Positions 7,581-16,542 of a stretch of DNA of 24,000 nt are shown here, one piece after another. Both the position numbers and the translations under genes were made by a program. Within the stretch, counting starts at the first letter, position 1; every line of letters begins with the position of its first letter. The stretch is from the NCBI GenBank assembly GCA_036171595.1, contig JAVHRJ010000432.1, positions 7,453 to 31,452 on the forward strand. The letters run 5' to 3'. This stretch comes from Bacteroidales bacterium (GTDB lineage: Bacteria > Bacteroidota > Bacteroidia > Bacteroidales > GWA2-32-17). Below the pieces are notes generated by a model. That model made no database searches, was not told the origin of the DNA, and saw only the letters and a list, made by a program, of their open reading frames with translations.

Positions 7581-9335
7581 ATGAAAAAATTAATTTTCTT
7601 TTTTGTTGCAATATCTGCAACGCTTTTACTAAAAGCACAAATTTCTGAGAGCAACTTAAAATCAAGCATAGGCTACCTTGCATCAGACTCACTAAAAGGT
7701 CGAAAACCTGGTACCGAAGGCGATTCATTATCGGCGTTTTATATTAGAGCAAAATTTAAAGAATATGGCGCAACTCCTATTCTAGACCATGGTTTTCAAC
7801 GATTTTCAGTTATAACCGATATAGTTGCCGGAAAAAATAACATACTAAAAATAAATAATAAAGCATTATTATTAAACACCGATTTTGTTCCTGCATCTTT
7901 TTCGTCTAACAATATTGTTAATGCTAACGTAGCGTTTGTTGGATATGGTTATAACATTAAACAAGATTCAACTACATGGAACGATTATGAATCAATTGAC
8001 ATTAAAGATAAGTGGGTTATGTTTTTCGATGGCAAACCCGAAAATGCTGAAAAAGAATTATATAATAAATATTCTAAAATTAGAACTAAAGTATTAATTG
8101 CAAAAGACAAAGGAGCAAAAGGAGTTTTGGTAATTCACGAAAAAACAGAGCCCAACCAACCCTTCTCAGGAACATTTGACAAAACAGTTTCAGATGCAGG
8201 CATTCCAGTAGTTATTATTTCGTGGCAAACTGCCGAAAAAATAATTAAAGAAAATAAACAAAATTTAAGCGAACTAAAAACGGCAATTTCAAAAAACTTA
8301 AAGCCTGCATCACAAATTTTAAAAACAAATATTTACGGCCAAACAGATGTAATTCAAGTAAAATCACAAACCTATAATATTGTTGCAACAATTGAAGGAA
8401 GCGATGCCACATTAAAAAACGAATATATTGTTATTGGGGCACATTACGATCATCTTGGAATGGGCGGAAAAGATTCTGGTTCGCGTATGCCAGACACTAT
8501 TGCTGTTCACAATGGTGCTGACGATAACGCATCTGGTGTTGCTGGAATAATAGAATTAGCAAGAGTTTTTGGCAACTCGTCAGTTAAAACAAAACGATCA
8601 TTACTATTTGTTGCATTTAGTGGAGAAGAAATGGGTTTACTTGGCTCAAAACAATTTGTAAAAGAACCACCCGTTCCTTTAAAATCAATAAAAGCAATGC
8701 TAAATTTTGATATGATTGGCAGAATGAAAACTGAAAACCCAAAATTGTCAATTGGCGGTACAGGTACAGCTTTAGAAACCGATAGCATTATAAAACTTTT
8801 CGACAACAATTTGCCTTTTACAGTTGTAAAATCGCCCGAAGGCTACGGCCCATCTGACCATGCATCATTCTACAAAAACAATATACCTGTTTTATTTTTT
8901 AATTCTGGCTTACACGAAGATTACCACACACCATTCGATGATGTTGATAAAATTAACTTTCCACAAACAGTAAATGTTTTAGAATTTACTTTTAATATTG
9001 TTAAAACATTTGCCAATATTGATAAACCATTAACATTTAAAGAAGCCGGAAGTAAAGAAGAGGGAACTTCTCGTGGTTATAAAATAACATTAGGAATTAT
9101 TCCCGATGTTGTTGGCTCTGGCGATAAAGGATTGGCCGTTGATGGTGTTAAAAAAGGGAGCCCTGCTGAAGCTGGTGGGATTAAAAAAGGCGATATTATT
9201 ACTGCAATGAATGGATTGACTGTTACAAACATTTATGATTACATGACTCGCCTTAACACTTTAAAAGCTGGTCAAGTTGTTGAAGTTGAAATACTCAGAG
9301 AAGGTAAAAAAGAAATTATAAAAGTAAAATTGTAA
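7581..9335 (+). CDS. Secreted M28 family zinc aminopeptidase with PA domain and C-terminal PDZ domain
   Basis: Signal peptide (MKKLIFFFVAISATLLLKAQ). M28 metal-ligand motifs (VIGAHYDHLG, HNGADDNASGVAGIIELAR, FVAFSGEEMGLLGSKQF, LNFDMIG, YHTPFD). PDZ-like tail (GIKKGDIITAMNGLTVTNIYDYMTRLNTLKAGQVVEVEILREGK). Confidence 0.85.
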   Translation: MKKLIFFFVAISATLLLKAQISESNLKSSIGYLASDSLKGRKPGTEGDSLSAFYIRAKFKEYGATPILDHGFQRFSVITDIVAGKNNILKINNKALLLNTDFVPASFSSNNIVNANVAFVGYGYNIKQDSTTWNDYESIDIKDKWVMFFDGKPENAEKELYNKYSKIRTKVLIAKDKGAKGVLVIHEKTEPNQPFSGTFDKTVSDAGIPVVIISWQTAEKIIKENKQNLSELKTAISKNLKPASQILKTNIYGQTDVIQVKSQTYNIVATIEGSDATLKNEYIVIGAHYDHLGMGGKDSGSRMPDTIAVHNGADDNASGVAGIIELARVFGNSSVKTKRSLLFVAFSGEEMGLLGSKQFVKEPPVPLKSIKAMLNFDMIGRMKTENPKLSIGGTGTALETDSIIKLFDNNLPFTVVKSPEGYGPSDHASFYKNNIPVLFFNSGLHEDYHTPFDDVDKINFPQTVNVLEFTFNIVKTFANIDKPLTFKEAGSKEEGTSRGYKITLGIIPDVVGSGDKGLAVDGVKKGSPAEAGGIKKGDIITAMNGLTVTNIYDYMTRLNTLKAGQVVEVEILREGKKEIIKVKL

Positions 9336-9423
9336 AGTCTATAAATCATTCCAAAGGTTATTGGAGTTAATTGCAAAATGGTAATTTCTAATAATCTTTT
9401 ACAGCTTTCACAATTTCAAACTT

Positions 9424-10608
9424 CTATTCATCAGATAAATTTATAGCTAGCCATGCCATTAAACCATGACTATATTGCAAAACACTTTCATCAATATCAA
9501 AACAAGCCGAATGAAGTGGGGAATTAGTGTTTTCGGCCTTACCCGAAGTTCCTATCCTATACATTGTTGATGGATATTCTTGTGCAAAATAAGAAAAATC
9601 TTCGGCAGTCATTCTAACATCCATATCAATAACATTATCTACACCAACATATTGTTGAGCAAATTTTTTAGCTTTTAAAGTAACATCATTATCGTTAATT
9701 AAGCTCGGGTAACCATTAACAATATGCACATCACATTCGGCTCCCATACTTTTTGCAATGTTTTGAGAGATAAACTTTACTTGAGATAATGCTTCTTTTC
9801 GCCATTCTTCGTTCATGGTACGAAATGTGCCTTCAATTTTAACCTCATCAGGTATAATGTTAGTAGCACCGTTTGCAATAACTTTTCCAAACGATAAAAC
9901 AGTTGGAATTGCTGCAAATGCTTTTCTGCTAACAATTTGCTGAAGAGCTACAATTATATGTGAAGCAATTAAAACAGTATCGGTTATTTGATGAGGCATT
10001 GCGGCATGTCCGCCTTTACCTTTAACAGTTAAATAAATCTCATCGGTTGAGGCCATATACATGCCACTTTTAAAACCAATTGTGCCCGATTTCATTGATG
10101 GATTTACATGTTGAGCAATAACATAATCAGGTTTGTTTTCATTAAAAATCCCCTCATTTAACATTTGTTTTGCACCTCCAGGTAATTTTTCTTCAGCAGG
10201 TTGAAAAACAAATAACATTTTGCCCGATAATTCACTTTTTAATTCATTTAGAATTAAAATTGCTCCCATTAATGATGCTGCATGCACATCGTGACCACAA
10301 GCATGCATTACGCCAATGTTCTCAGATTTGTACTCGCAATTATTTTGTTCAGATATTGGCAAAGCATCTATATCGGCACGTAAAGCAATGGTTTTTCCTG
10401 GTTTTGCACCTTCAATAACAGCCAAAATGCCTGTTTCTGCAATTCCTTTTGTATATTTAATTTTATTTTCTTCTAAAAAATCAATGATATATTGAGAAGT
10501 TTTAAATTCATTAAAAGAAAGTTCTGGATGTTTATGCAAATATCTTCGATATTCTAACACTTTGCTAGAATATTTCTCTGCAATTTGTTTTATATTATTA
10601 ATTTCCAT
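9424..10608 (-). CDS. M20/M20D family amidohydrolase (N-acyl-amino-acid amidohydrolase / hippurate hydrolase-like)
   Basis: Characteristic RRYLHKHPELSFNEFKTSQYI, IALRADIDALPI, MHACGHDVHAASLMGA and GGHAAMPH motifs. ATG start at 10608. Confidence 0.85.
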   Translation of the reverse strand: MEINNIKQIAEKYSSKVLEYRRYLHKHPELSFNEFKTSQYIIDFLEENKIKYTKGIAETGILAVIEGAKPGKTIALRADIDALPISEQNNCEYKSENIGVMHACGHDVHAASLMGAILILNELKSELSGKMLFVFQPAEEKLPGGAKQMLNEGIFNENKPDYVIAQHVNPSMKSGTIGFKSGMYMASTDEIYLTVKGKGGHAAMPHQITDTVLIASHIIVALQQIVSRKAFAAIPTVLSFGKVIANGATNIIPDEVKIEGTFRTMNEEWRKEALSQVKFISQNIAKSMGAECDVHIVNGYPSLINDNDVTLKAKKFAQQYVGVDNVIDMDVRMTAEDFSYFAQEYPSTMYRIGTSGKAENTNSPLHSACFDIDESVLQYSHGLMAWLAINLSDE

Positions 10609-10795
10609 AAAATTCCTTAATCTTAATTTATTATTATTTACAATTTGTTATATATATTTTAATGTCTTTATTTTTCTATTTATTTATCGTAATTGCATTT
10701 TAAGAAAAGAGGTTTCGCTAATCACTCAACATTACAACAAGTTATTTCTACTTATTTCAATGTGTTTCTAATTATTTCTGTTTTATAAATTTTCT

Positions 10796-11170
10796 TTATT
10801 TTCCTAAAATCATTTTTAATCCAATAAGAATAACAACTCCGCCAAAAACTCTTTTTAAAATGTTATCTGGAATTTGCAACGACCACAACGAACCCAAATA
10901 AGCACCAACAAAAAAAGCTAAAGCTAGTATTATTGAATATTTAATATTAATGTAACCACTTTTGTAATAATTCATTACTGCCAGAATTCCAATTGGTGCA
11001 AGCATAAAAGCAAGGTTAGTTCCTTGTGCTTGATGTTGAGTAAAACCCATAAACATTACAAGTGCAGGAATAACAATTACTCCCCCACCTAAACCAAACA
11101 TTCCGCCAAATATTCCAGCAATTAAACCTATTAAAATTAAAGACATTATTTCTGTAGCTCCCATTTTCAT
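10796..11170 (-). CDS. Half-size (4-TM) TSUP / TauE-SafE family membrane protein
   Basis: 124 aa with four hydrophobic segments. It carries the TSUP signature IAGIFGGMFGLGGGVIVIPALVMFMGFTQHQAQGTNLA. The start lies 4 nt downstream of the preceding gene's stop. Confidence 0.7.
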   Translation of the reverse strand: MKMGATEIMSLILIGLIAGIFGGMFGLGGGVIVIPALVMFMGFTQHQAQGTNLAFMLAPIGILAVMNYYKSGYINIKYSIILALAFFVGAYLGSLWSLQIPDNILKRVFGGVVILIGLKMILGK

Positions 11171-11174
11171 AATG

Positions 11175-14100
11175 TTAAAAATCGAGACTTAATGATAAAT
11201 AAAAAATACGTGGCAAAACAGTATTGTTTTCGATACCCCAAGCCCAATCGGCTCTAACAAAATATCCTAACAATCTGCTCCTTAAACCAAAACCATAACC
11301 ATAAACAATTGGTTGACGATCTTTATCAATTACAATTGTTATTGGGCCATTATGAATTACTTCTTTATTATAAGCATTTTGATCGCTATTTGGCGAACTA
11401 CCGCTCCATGCTGTACCAATATCAAAAAATGAGATAACTTGAAAATTCTCAAAGAAGTCACTATGTATTGGGCGATTCATGAAATATTTAATAATAGGCC
11501 AACGTAACTCATTATTAAGTACAGCAAAACTATTTCCATTTCTAATATTTTGTGTAAAACCACGCATGTTTGTTGCTACAGCCTGATATACATAATTTTG
11601 AGTTTGATCGATTAATACCGACTGGTCGAAAGTTTGCGTTTTTGTACTTAAATTAATCCAGTTATCAACACTCCCTAAATAATAAATTAATTTTTGGCGG
11701 CCAAACGAAGTACTAGCAGCTATACGACTTGCCCAAATTAAATCGCGATGAATTTTTTGATAATGACGAATATCCAAACCTGTAACAAATAAGCTTGCTT
11801 TTTTAGCATCAATTTGATCATAAGCTTCAAAAAACAATTTTGAACGTGTGCCATAATATAAATTTAATCCTCTGTTGCGTGTGTTATCGTAAATAAATTC
11901 AATTTTTTCACCTAACCATGTTTTGGTAACATCTATATGTTGCAGTGATGGCAAATCCATCGACAAATATGCACTTCTATCGTTTCTTAAAATTGAAGTG
12001 AATTTTAAGGATGTAACTTGGTTAAACGGATATTTTAAAATATAATGCAATTCGTGTGTATGAGTTTTTATTAATGCATAATCCATTGCACTATTGAGTG
12101 CTAATCGATGAAAAACAATTTGTTTATCTAAACGTTTTTTTAAGTTTTCGAAACTTAATAAATATTCGTTGCTGTTAAAATTACCAGCAAAACGAACTCC
12201 TCCAGTTATTTTATAGTCTTCAAACAAATCGGTTGTGCCTACTTTAAAAAACACATTAAATCCAGGGTTAAAATAAAATGGGCCGCCAGTAAATGGCTGG
12301 TACGAATTACTTAAAAATCCAAAATCTATTTGCGTTACAACAGTATTAGTATAAAAAGAAGTAAGGTAAATCATTGGATGAAATCGATTTGAATTTACAG
12401 TATCTGTTTTAGCAACACTTTTTATACTATCAGCTTTTGGTAAATATCCCTTTTGTTTATTTTTTTGAAACTCAAACACATAATTATTGATATCTATTTT
12501 TGAGGTATCAAACAATTGAATATTTGGCACGTTGTTAATAACAATAGTATCTATTTTAACGTTTATATTTTTTTTGATTTTTTGAAGACTATCAAGTTCT
12601 ATTTCTTTTTTAATACTATTCTTTTTAAATGATGTTTTAAGCATATTATCAATTGTTGCAGAATAATCTATAGAATTATTAAAAAGTTCATACCTCCCAT
12701 TTTTAAATAATATTTCGGAATATGTTGTTGCATTGTTATTAACATTCTGCTCTAAAATATTTCGAGAGTAATTTGTTAAAGGTTTAGTTTCTGTAAAATA
12801 GCGATAATGCGTAACAGTATCAATATAATTAATTGTACTATCGAACTTTGCAAGCTCGCGGTTTATAATTCCATTATTGTCTGATAAAAATAAAAATTCG
12901 TTGTTTTTAACACTAAAAGGCATTGTTTCGTTATCGAATGGAGTATTTGTGATGCGTGTTAAAACATTTGACTTTGACTTAAAATTATATACAAAAACGT
13001 CGTATGTAGCTTTTTCAAAATTAGCGGAATTATCTAATCCAATAGTATCATTGATTCTATTTGACGAAAACAAAATATCATTCGAATTATTTATAAATCG
13101 TGGAAACCTATCATCTGCTAAATCATTTGTAATTTTAGTATATGTATTTGCGGCGTTGTTAAAAACATAAATATCCGTTTGACCATCTTTTACAGCCGAT
13201 AACACTAAATTAAACCCATCGTGCGAAAAGGAATAATCAACAATTTTATCGATGTTAAACATTTCTTTCCAATCTAACTTTTTCTCTTCAATATCATAAA
13301 AATATAATCTAATAGTTCCTTTTTCTTCCGTAATAAACGAAAACATTTTACCAGATGGGTGCCAAGCTAACAATGGGTACGAATAGTCTGTAATTTGGTC
13401 TAAACGTTGACCAAATTTAAAAATGCATTTCCCTTTTTTCTCGTCTTTTGTTTTTAAATATACTCGAACTTTTCCTATTTGATTGGTTTGATATGCAAAA
13501 TATTTACCATCGGGACTTTCGCAAAGCTGTTGATATAGCTTTGTTTTATTAGTTTTATTTAAAACTTTATTACTTTCAGGAAACGATCTTTTTTGCTCAT
13601 CGCTATAATATTTTTCATCGTAATAATTTAGCCATTCGTAGGCTAAATATTTCATTGGCAAACCAATAACATATAAAAACCCACTTTCACTATTTTTGCT
13701 AATTCGTGTTAAATATAAAATATTTGGAATTACCTGCTTTCCATATTTTTGCGATATAAAATACCAAATAGAATGTCCTGCATAAATTGCATCGTTACCA
13801 GATAAACGATTAAATTTTTCGTATTTTTTAGAAAGAATTCCATCTCTAACATAATTTTCAATTTCTACATTCCATTCGTCTGAAAGATAAGAAACTAAAC
13901 CTTTATAATACCATTCTGGCAAGGTAAGCAAAGTTGAGTTTGTTACTTTTGCAGTAAAATCGGAACCATAAAGCATTTCGTTAGCCATAACTTCAGCAAT
14001 AGCTGCATATATTTGCTTTTGAAAGCGAACATGGTCGCCATCGTAATACATAAAAACTTTATTATCAACAATTCTGGTTGTGCCTCCAATATTATACTGG

Positions 14101-14441
14101 TCTGACGAAGAAATATAGCCAACATTACTTTGTCTAAAATCAGACAAGTTGTTGTATATCAAAAATATAATTCTTTTCTGAAAATTATAACCAAAATAAG
14201 ATTCCAATTGTGAAATTCGCTTATCGGCAATGTTTGTTGCAAATTCTGCAAGGTTTTTCCCTCCAACATAAAAATAAGTATCAAACTTTTTTTGACGATA
14301 AAATTGCCACACAAATTCTTTGTATTGCACTCGATTTTTGCCAAAATCCATTTGCATGCCGTTATAAAACTGCGATTTTAACTGTATTGTAACAAATAAC
14401 AGTAAAACAAAAAAACAATATTTAATAATTACTTTTCGCAA
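11175..14441 (-). CDS. Large outer-membrane protein: N-terminal MA-peptidase-like (apparently non-catalytic) region, PD40/TolB-like beta-propeller, C-terminal Omp85-like beta-barrel
   Basis: 1088-aa uninterrupted ORF with a signal peptide (RKVIIKYCFFVLLLFVTIQLKSQ). PD40 signatures at residues ~305-530 (CESPDGKYFAYQTN, WHPSGKMFSFITE, FSHDGFNLVLSAVKDGQTDIYVF, ILFSSNR). The C-terminal ~400 aa are amphipathic beta-strand-like and end in GYGFGLRSRLLGYFVRADWAWG...RIFYLSLSLDF, with a terminal Phe as in OM barrels. The first codon is TTG (14439-14441). There is no in-frame ATG before residue 29, and that ATG would delete the signal peptide. Confidence 0.7.
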   Translation of the reverse strand: MRKVIIKYCFFVLLLFVTIQLKSQFYNGMQMDFGKNRVQYKEFVWQFYRQKKFDTYFYVGGKNLAEFATNIADKRISQLESYFGYNFQKRIIFLIYNNLSDFRQSNVGYISSSDQYNIGGTTRIVDNKVFMYYDGDHVRFQKQIYAAIAEVMANEMLYGSDFTAKVTNSTLLTLPEWYYKGLVSYLSDEWNVEIENYVRDGILSKKYEKFNRLSGNDAIYAGHSIWYFISQKYGKQVIPNILYLTRISKNSESGFLYVIGLPMKYLAYEWLNYYDEKYYSDEQKRSFPESNKVLNKTNKTKLYQQLCESPDGKYFAYQTNQIGKVRVYLKTKDEKKGKCIFKFGQRLDQITDYSYPLLAWHPSGKMFSFITEEKGTIRLYFYDIEEKKLDWKEMFNIDKIVDYSFSHDGFNLVLSAVKDGQTDIYVFNNAANTYTKITNDLADDRFPRFINNSNDILFSSNRINDTIGLDNSANFEKATYDVFVYNFKSKSNVLTRITNTPFDNETMPFSVKNNEFLFLSDNNGIINRELAKFDSTINYIDTVTHYRYFTETKPLTNYSRNILEQNVNNNATTYSEILFKNGRYELFNNSIDYSATIDNMLKTSFKKNSIKKEIELDSLQKIKKNINVKIDTIVINNVPNIQLFDTSKIDINNYVFEFQKNKQKGYLPKADSIKSVAKTDTVNSNRFHPMIYLTSFYTNTVVTQIDFGFLSNSYQPFTGGPFYFNPGFNVFFKVGTTDLFEDYKITGGVRFAGNFNSNEYLLSFENLKKRLDKQIVFHRLALNSAMDYALIKTHTHELHYILKYPFNQVTSLKFTSILRNDRSAYLSMDLPSLQHIDVTKTWLGEKIEFIYDNTRNRGLNLYYGTRSKLFFEAYDQIDAKKASLFVTGLDIRHYQKIHRDLIWASRIAASTSFGRQKLIYYLGSVDNWINLSTKTQTFDQSVLIDQTQNYVYQAVATNMRGFTQNIRNGNSFAVLNNELRWPIIKYFMNRPIHSDFFENFQVISFFDIGTAWSGSSPNSDQNAYNKEVIHNGPITIVIDKDRQPIVYGYGFGLRSRLLGYFVRADWAWGIENNTVLPRIFYLSLSLDF

Positions 14442-14516
14442 AAAAATAGGACTAAATTATAATTGCGAATTTACAAATTTGTTTTGATATTATTAATTTT
14501 AACCTATAGTTTAAAT

Positions 14517-14524
14517 TATATTTG
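14517..14524 (+). promoter_or_regulatory. Candidate Bacteroidota -7 promoter element (TAnnTTTG) for the mntH-usp gene
   Basis: TATATTTG matches the TAnnTTTG consensus, ending 18 nt (starting 26 nt) upstream of the ATG at 14543. No clear -33 TTTG at canonical spacing. AT-rich background makes chance matches likely. Confidence 0.3.
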
Positions 14525-14542
14525 CATCGTTAATAATTATTT

Positions 14543-16417
14543 ATGCAAAAATCGTTATCAGAAGTAAATCAAACAGTTGACACAAGAGCAAAATCTGGAT
14601 TTTTGCGTAAACTTTTTTCATTTATCGGTCCGGCATATTTAATTAGCATAGGTTATATGGACCCTGGCAATTGGGCAACCGATATTGCAGCCGGAAGTAG
14701 TTTTGGGTATCAACTTTTATGGGTATTGCTTTTATCGAACTTAATTGCTTTGCTAATGCAAACTTTAAGTGCAAGATTAGGAATTGTACGTGGGCTCGAT
14801 TTGGCACAGGCAACCCGCGAAACTTATCCACGAATTGTAAATTTTATTTTATATCTATTTGCCGAAATTGCAATTGCCGCATGCGATTTAGCCGAAGTAT
14901 TAGGAATGGCAATAGGTTTGAACCTTTTATTTGGAATTCCTTTGATTTTTGGCGTATTAATTACACTTTTTGATACATTTATTTTACTTTTTCTAATTAA
15001 TAAAGGAATTAGAAAAACCGAAGCTTTTATTGTTGGTTTAATAAGTATTATTGGAATGGCATTTTTAGTGCAAATTGTTATGGTTCAACCATCTTTTATT
15101 GATGTTTTTGGTGGATTTGTTCCTAAAATTTCATCGGCCGATGCACTTTATATTGCAATAGGAATAATTGGTGCAACGGTTATGCCTCACAATTTATATT
15201 TGCATTCATCGCTTGTTCAATCGCGAAAATTTGAAAGAGATGAAAAAGGAATTCGCGAGGCAATAAAGTATAATTTTATTGATTCGTTTGTAGCCTTAAA
15301 CATTGCATTTTTAATTAACGCCGCCATTTTAGTTCTTTCGGCTGCTTCATTTAACAAAAATGGATTTATTGAAGTTATGGGAATTGCCGACGCACATAAA
15401 TTATTGGGCACATTGTTAGGAAGTAAACTTGCTCCAGCATTATTTGCAATTGCTTTAATTTTAGCAGGACAAAGTTCAACAATTTCAGGAACTCTAGCAG
15501 GACAAATAATAATGGAAGGACATATCCATCTGAGATTACAACCATGGGTTAGGCGAATGTTAACAAGGCTTTTGGCAATAATTCCAGCAATAATTACGAT
15601 ATTATTTTTTGGCGACGCAAGCACAGGAAGCTTATTAATTCTTAGTCAAGTAATTTTGAGTTTGCAATTAGGTTTTGCAGTAATACCTATGATACATTTA
15701 GTTAGTAACAAAGATAAAATGCTAGGATTTGAATTAAAATTTCATTTAAAATTTTTAGCATGGTTATCGGCAATTATAATTATTGTGCTTAATGTTTGGA
15801 TGGCATTTACCGAAATTAAAAAATGGTTCGAAAATCCTGAAATTTCAATATTTATCACATTATTTGTTACCATAGTAGCTTTTTTTGCATTATCTTTATT
15901 ATTTTACATAACATTTATGCCTATGTTTAGAAAACTTTTAAGGAAAGTAATTCACGTTCCGCATTACAAGTACGAAGAAATAGAAATTTCTCCAAGTTCA
16001 TCGTTTAAAAAAGTTGCAATTGCAATCGACTTTAGTGTAGTTGATAAAGACATTTTAAATTCTGCTGTTAGCATTGGTAACAAAGATTCCGAATTTTTAC
16101 TAATACACATTATTGAATCGGCTACAGCAATTGCAATAGGCAAAGAAAGTAAAGATTTAGAAACAACCGACGATGAAAAAACCTTAATACATTACGCAAC
16201 AATACTCAAAAAAGCAGGGTATAAAACAAATCATACAATAGGATTTGGAAATCCGAAACAACAAATTCCAAATATTGTTAAAAATTTTGATGCCAACATA
16301 TTAATTATGGGAAGTCACGGACATAAATTCTTTAAAGATATTATTTATGGTACAACAATTAGTGCTGTTAGACACGATGTTAAAATACCAATATTAATCG
16401 TAAATAAAAGAAAATAA
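14543..16417 (+). CDS. mntH: Nramp-family divalent metal (Mn2+/Fe2+) transporter MntH fused to a C-terminal universal stress protein (UspA) domain
   Basis: Nramp hallmarks: GPAYLISIGYMDPGNWATDIAAGSSFGYQLLWVLLLSNLIALLMQTLSARLGIV and ATVMPHNLYLHSSLVQSR, with ~11-13 TM segments. The last ~137 aa (from FKKVAIAIDFS, nt 16004) form a Usp domain with an intact ATP-binding motif G-x2-G-x9-G-T (GSHGHKFFKDIIYGT, nt 16310-16354). Confidence 0.85.
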   Translation: MQKSLSEVNQTVDTRAKSGFLRKLFSFIGPAYLISIGYMDPGNWATDIAAGSSFGYQLLWVLLLSNLIALLMQTLSARLGIVRGLDLAQATRETYPRIVNFILYLFAEIAIAACDLAEVLGMAIGLNLLFGIPLIFGVLITLFDTFILLFLINKGIRKTEAFIVGLISIIGMAFLVQIVMVQPSFIDVFGGFVPKISSADALYIAIGIIGATVMPHNLYLHSSLVQSRKFERDEKGIREAIKYNFIDSFVALNIAFLINAAILVLSAASFNKNGFIEVMGIADAHKLLGTLLGSKLAPALFAIALILAGQSSTISGTLAGQIIMEGHIHLRLQPWVRRMLTRLLAIIPAIITILFFGDASTGSLLILSQVILSLQLGFAVIPMIHLVSNKDKMLGFELKFHLKFLAWLSAIIIIVLNVWMAFTEIKKWFENPEISIFITLFVTIVAFFALSLLFYITFMPMFRKLLRKVIHVPHYKYEEIEISPSSSFKKVAIAIDFSVVDKDILNSAVSIGNKDSEFLLIHIIESATAIAIGKESKDLETTDDEKTLIHYATILKKAGYKTNHTIGFGNPKQQIPNIVKNFDANILIMGSHGHKFFKDIIYGTTISAVRHDVKIPILIVNKRK

Positions 16418-16515
16418 TATTATATTCGCTACATTTTGTTTTTAAGTATAGCAAATGATTTTTTATTGTTTTTTTTATATGATAAATGAGTACAAAATAT
16501 CTTAACAATAATCGT

Positions 16516-16523
16516 TAATTTTG
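16516..16523 (+). promoter_or_regulatory. Candidate Bacteroidota -7 promoter element (TAnnTTTG) for the DUF2721-like gene
   Basis: TAATTTTG matches TAnnTTTG, ending 19 nt (starting 27 nt) upstream of the ATG at 16543. No clear -33 element. Confidence 0.3.
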
Positions 16524-16542
16524 CTTTGTAAATTTTAAATAA

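Noticed and set aside
9350-9365. Hairpin TCCAA-aggtta-TTGGA between the convergent M28 and M20 genes
   Set aside because: The stem is only 5 bp with no flanking U-tract on either strand. This is insufficient to call a terminator.
10562-10771. 69-aa plus-strand ORF spanning the 187-nt spacer between the M20 amidohydrolase and the TSUP gene
   Set aside because: The translation (…FLNLNLLLFTICYIYFNVFIFLFIY…) is typical of AT-rich non-coding DNA read in frame, and it starts inside the M20 gene on the opposite strand. I also saw no riboswitch-like conserved structure in this spacer.
14473-14482. 10-bp perfect palindrome ACAAATTTGT in the divergent spacer upstream of mntH-usp, as a possible MntR/Fur-type operator; also considered a Mn riboswitch in the 5' leader
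   Set aside because: A single short A/T-rich palindrome within a ~100-nt AT-rich spacer is not statistically compelling and does not match a metalloregulator box I can name with confidence. The leader (<30 nt after the candidate -7 motif) is too short for a yybP-ykoY riboswitch.
15217-15624. 135-aa ORF antisense to mntH, plus similar antisense or alternate-frame ORFs (235-468, 589-774, 1348-1548, 1427-1609, 1875-2111, 6588-6794, 7501-7728, 8507-8809, 10170-10418, 12877-13170, 13943-14125, 14159-14344, 14210-14392, 14643-14831, 14719-14973, 22910-23194)
   Set aside because: Each lies entirely within, or largely overlaps, a long ORF with strong family motifs. Their translations are low-complexity, have no recognisable motifs, and are of a length expected by chance opposite real genes.
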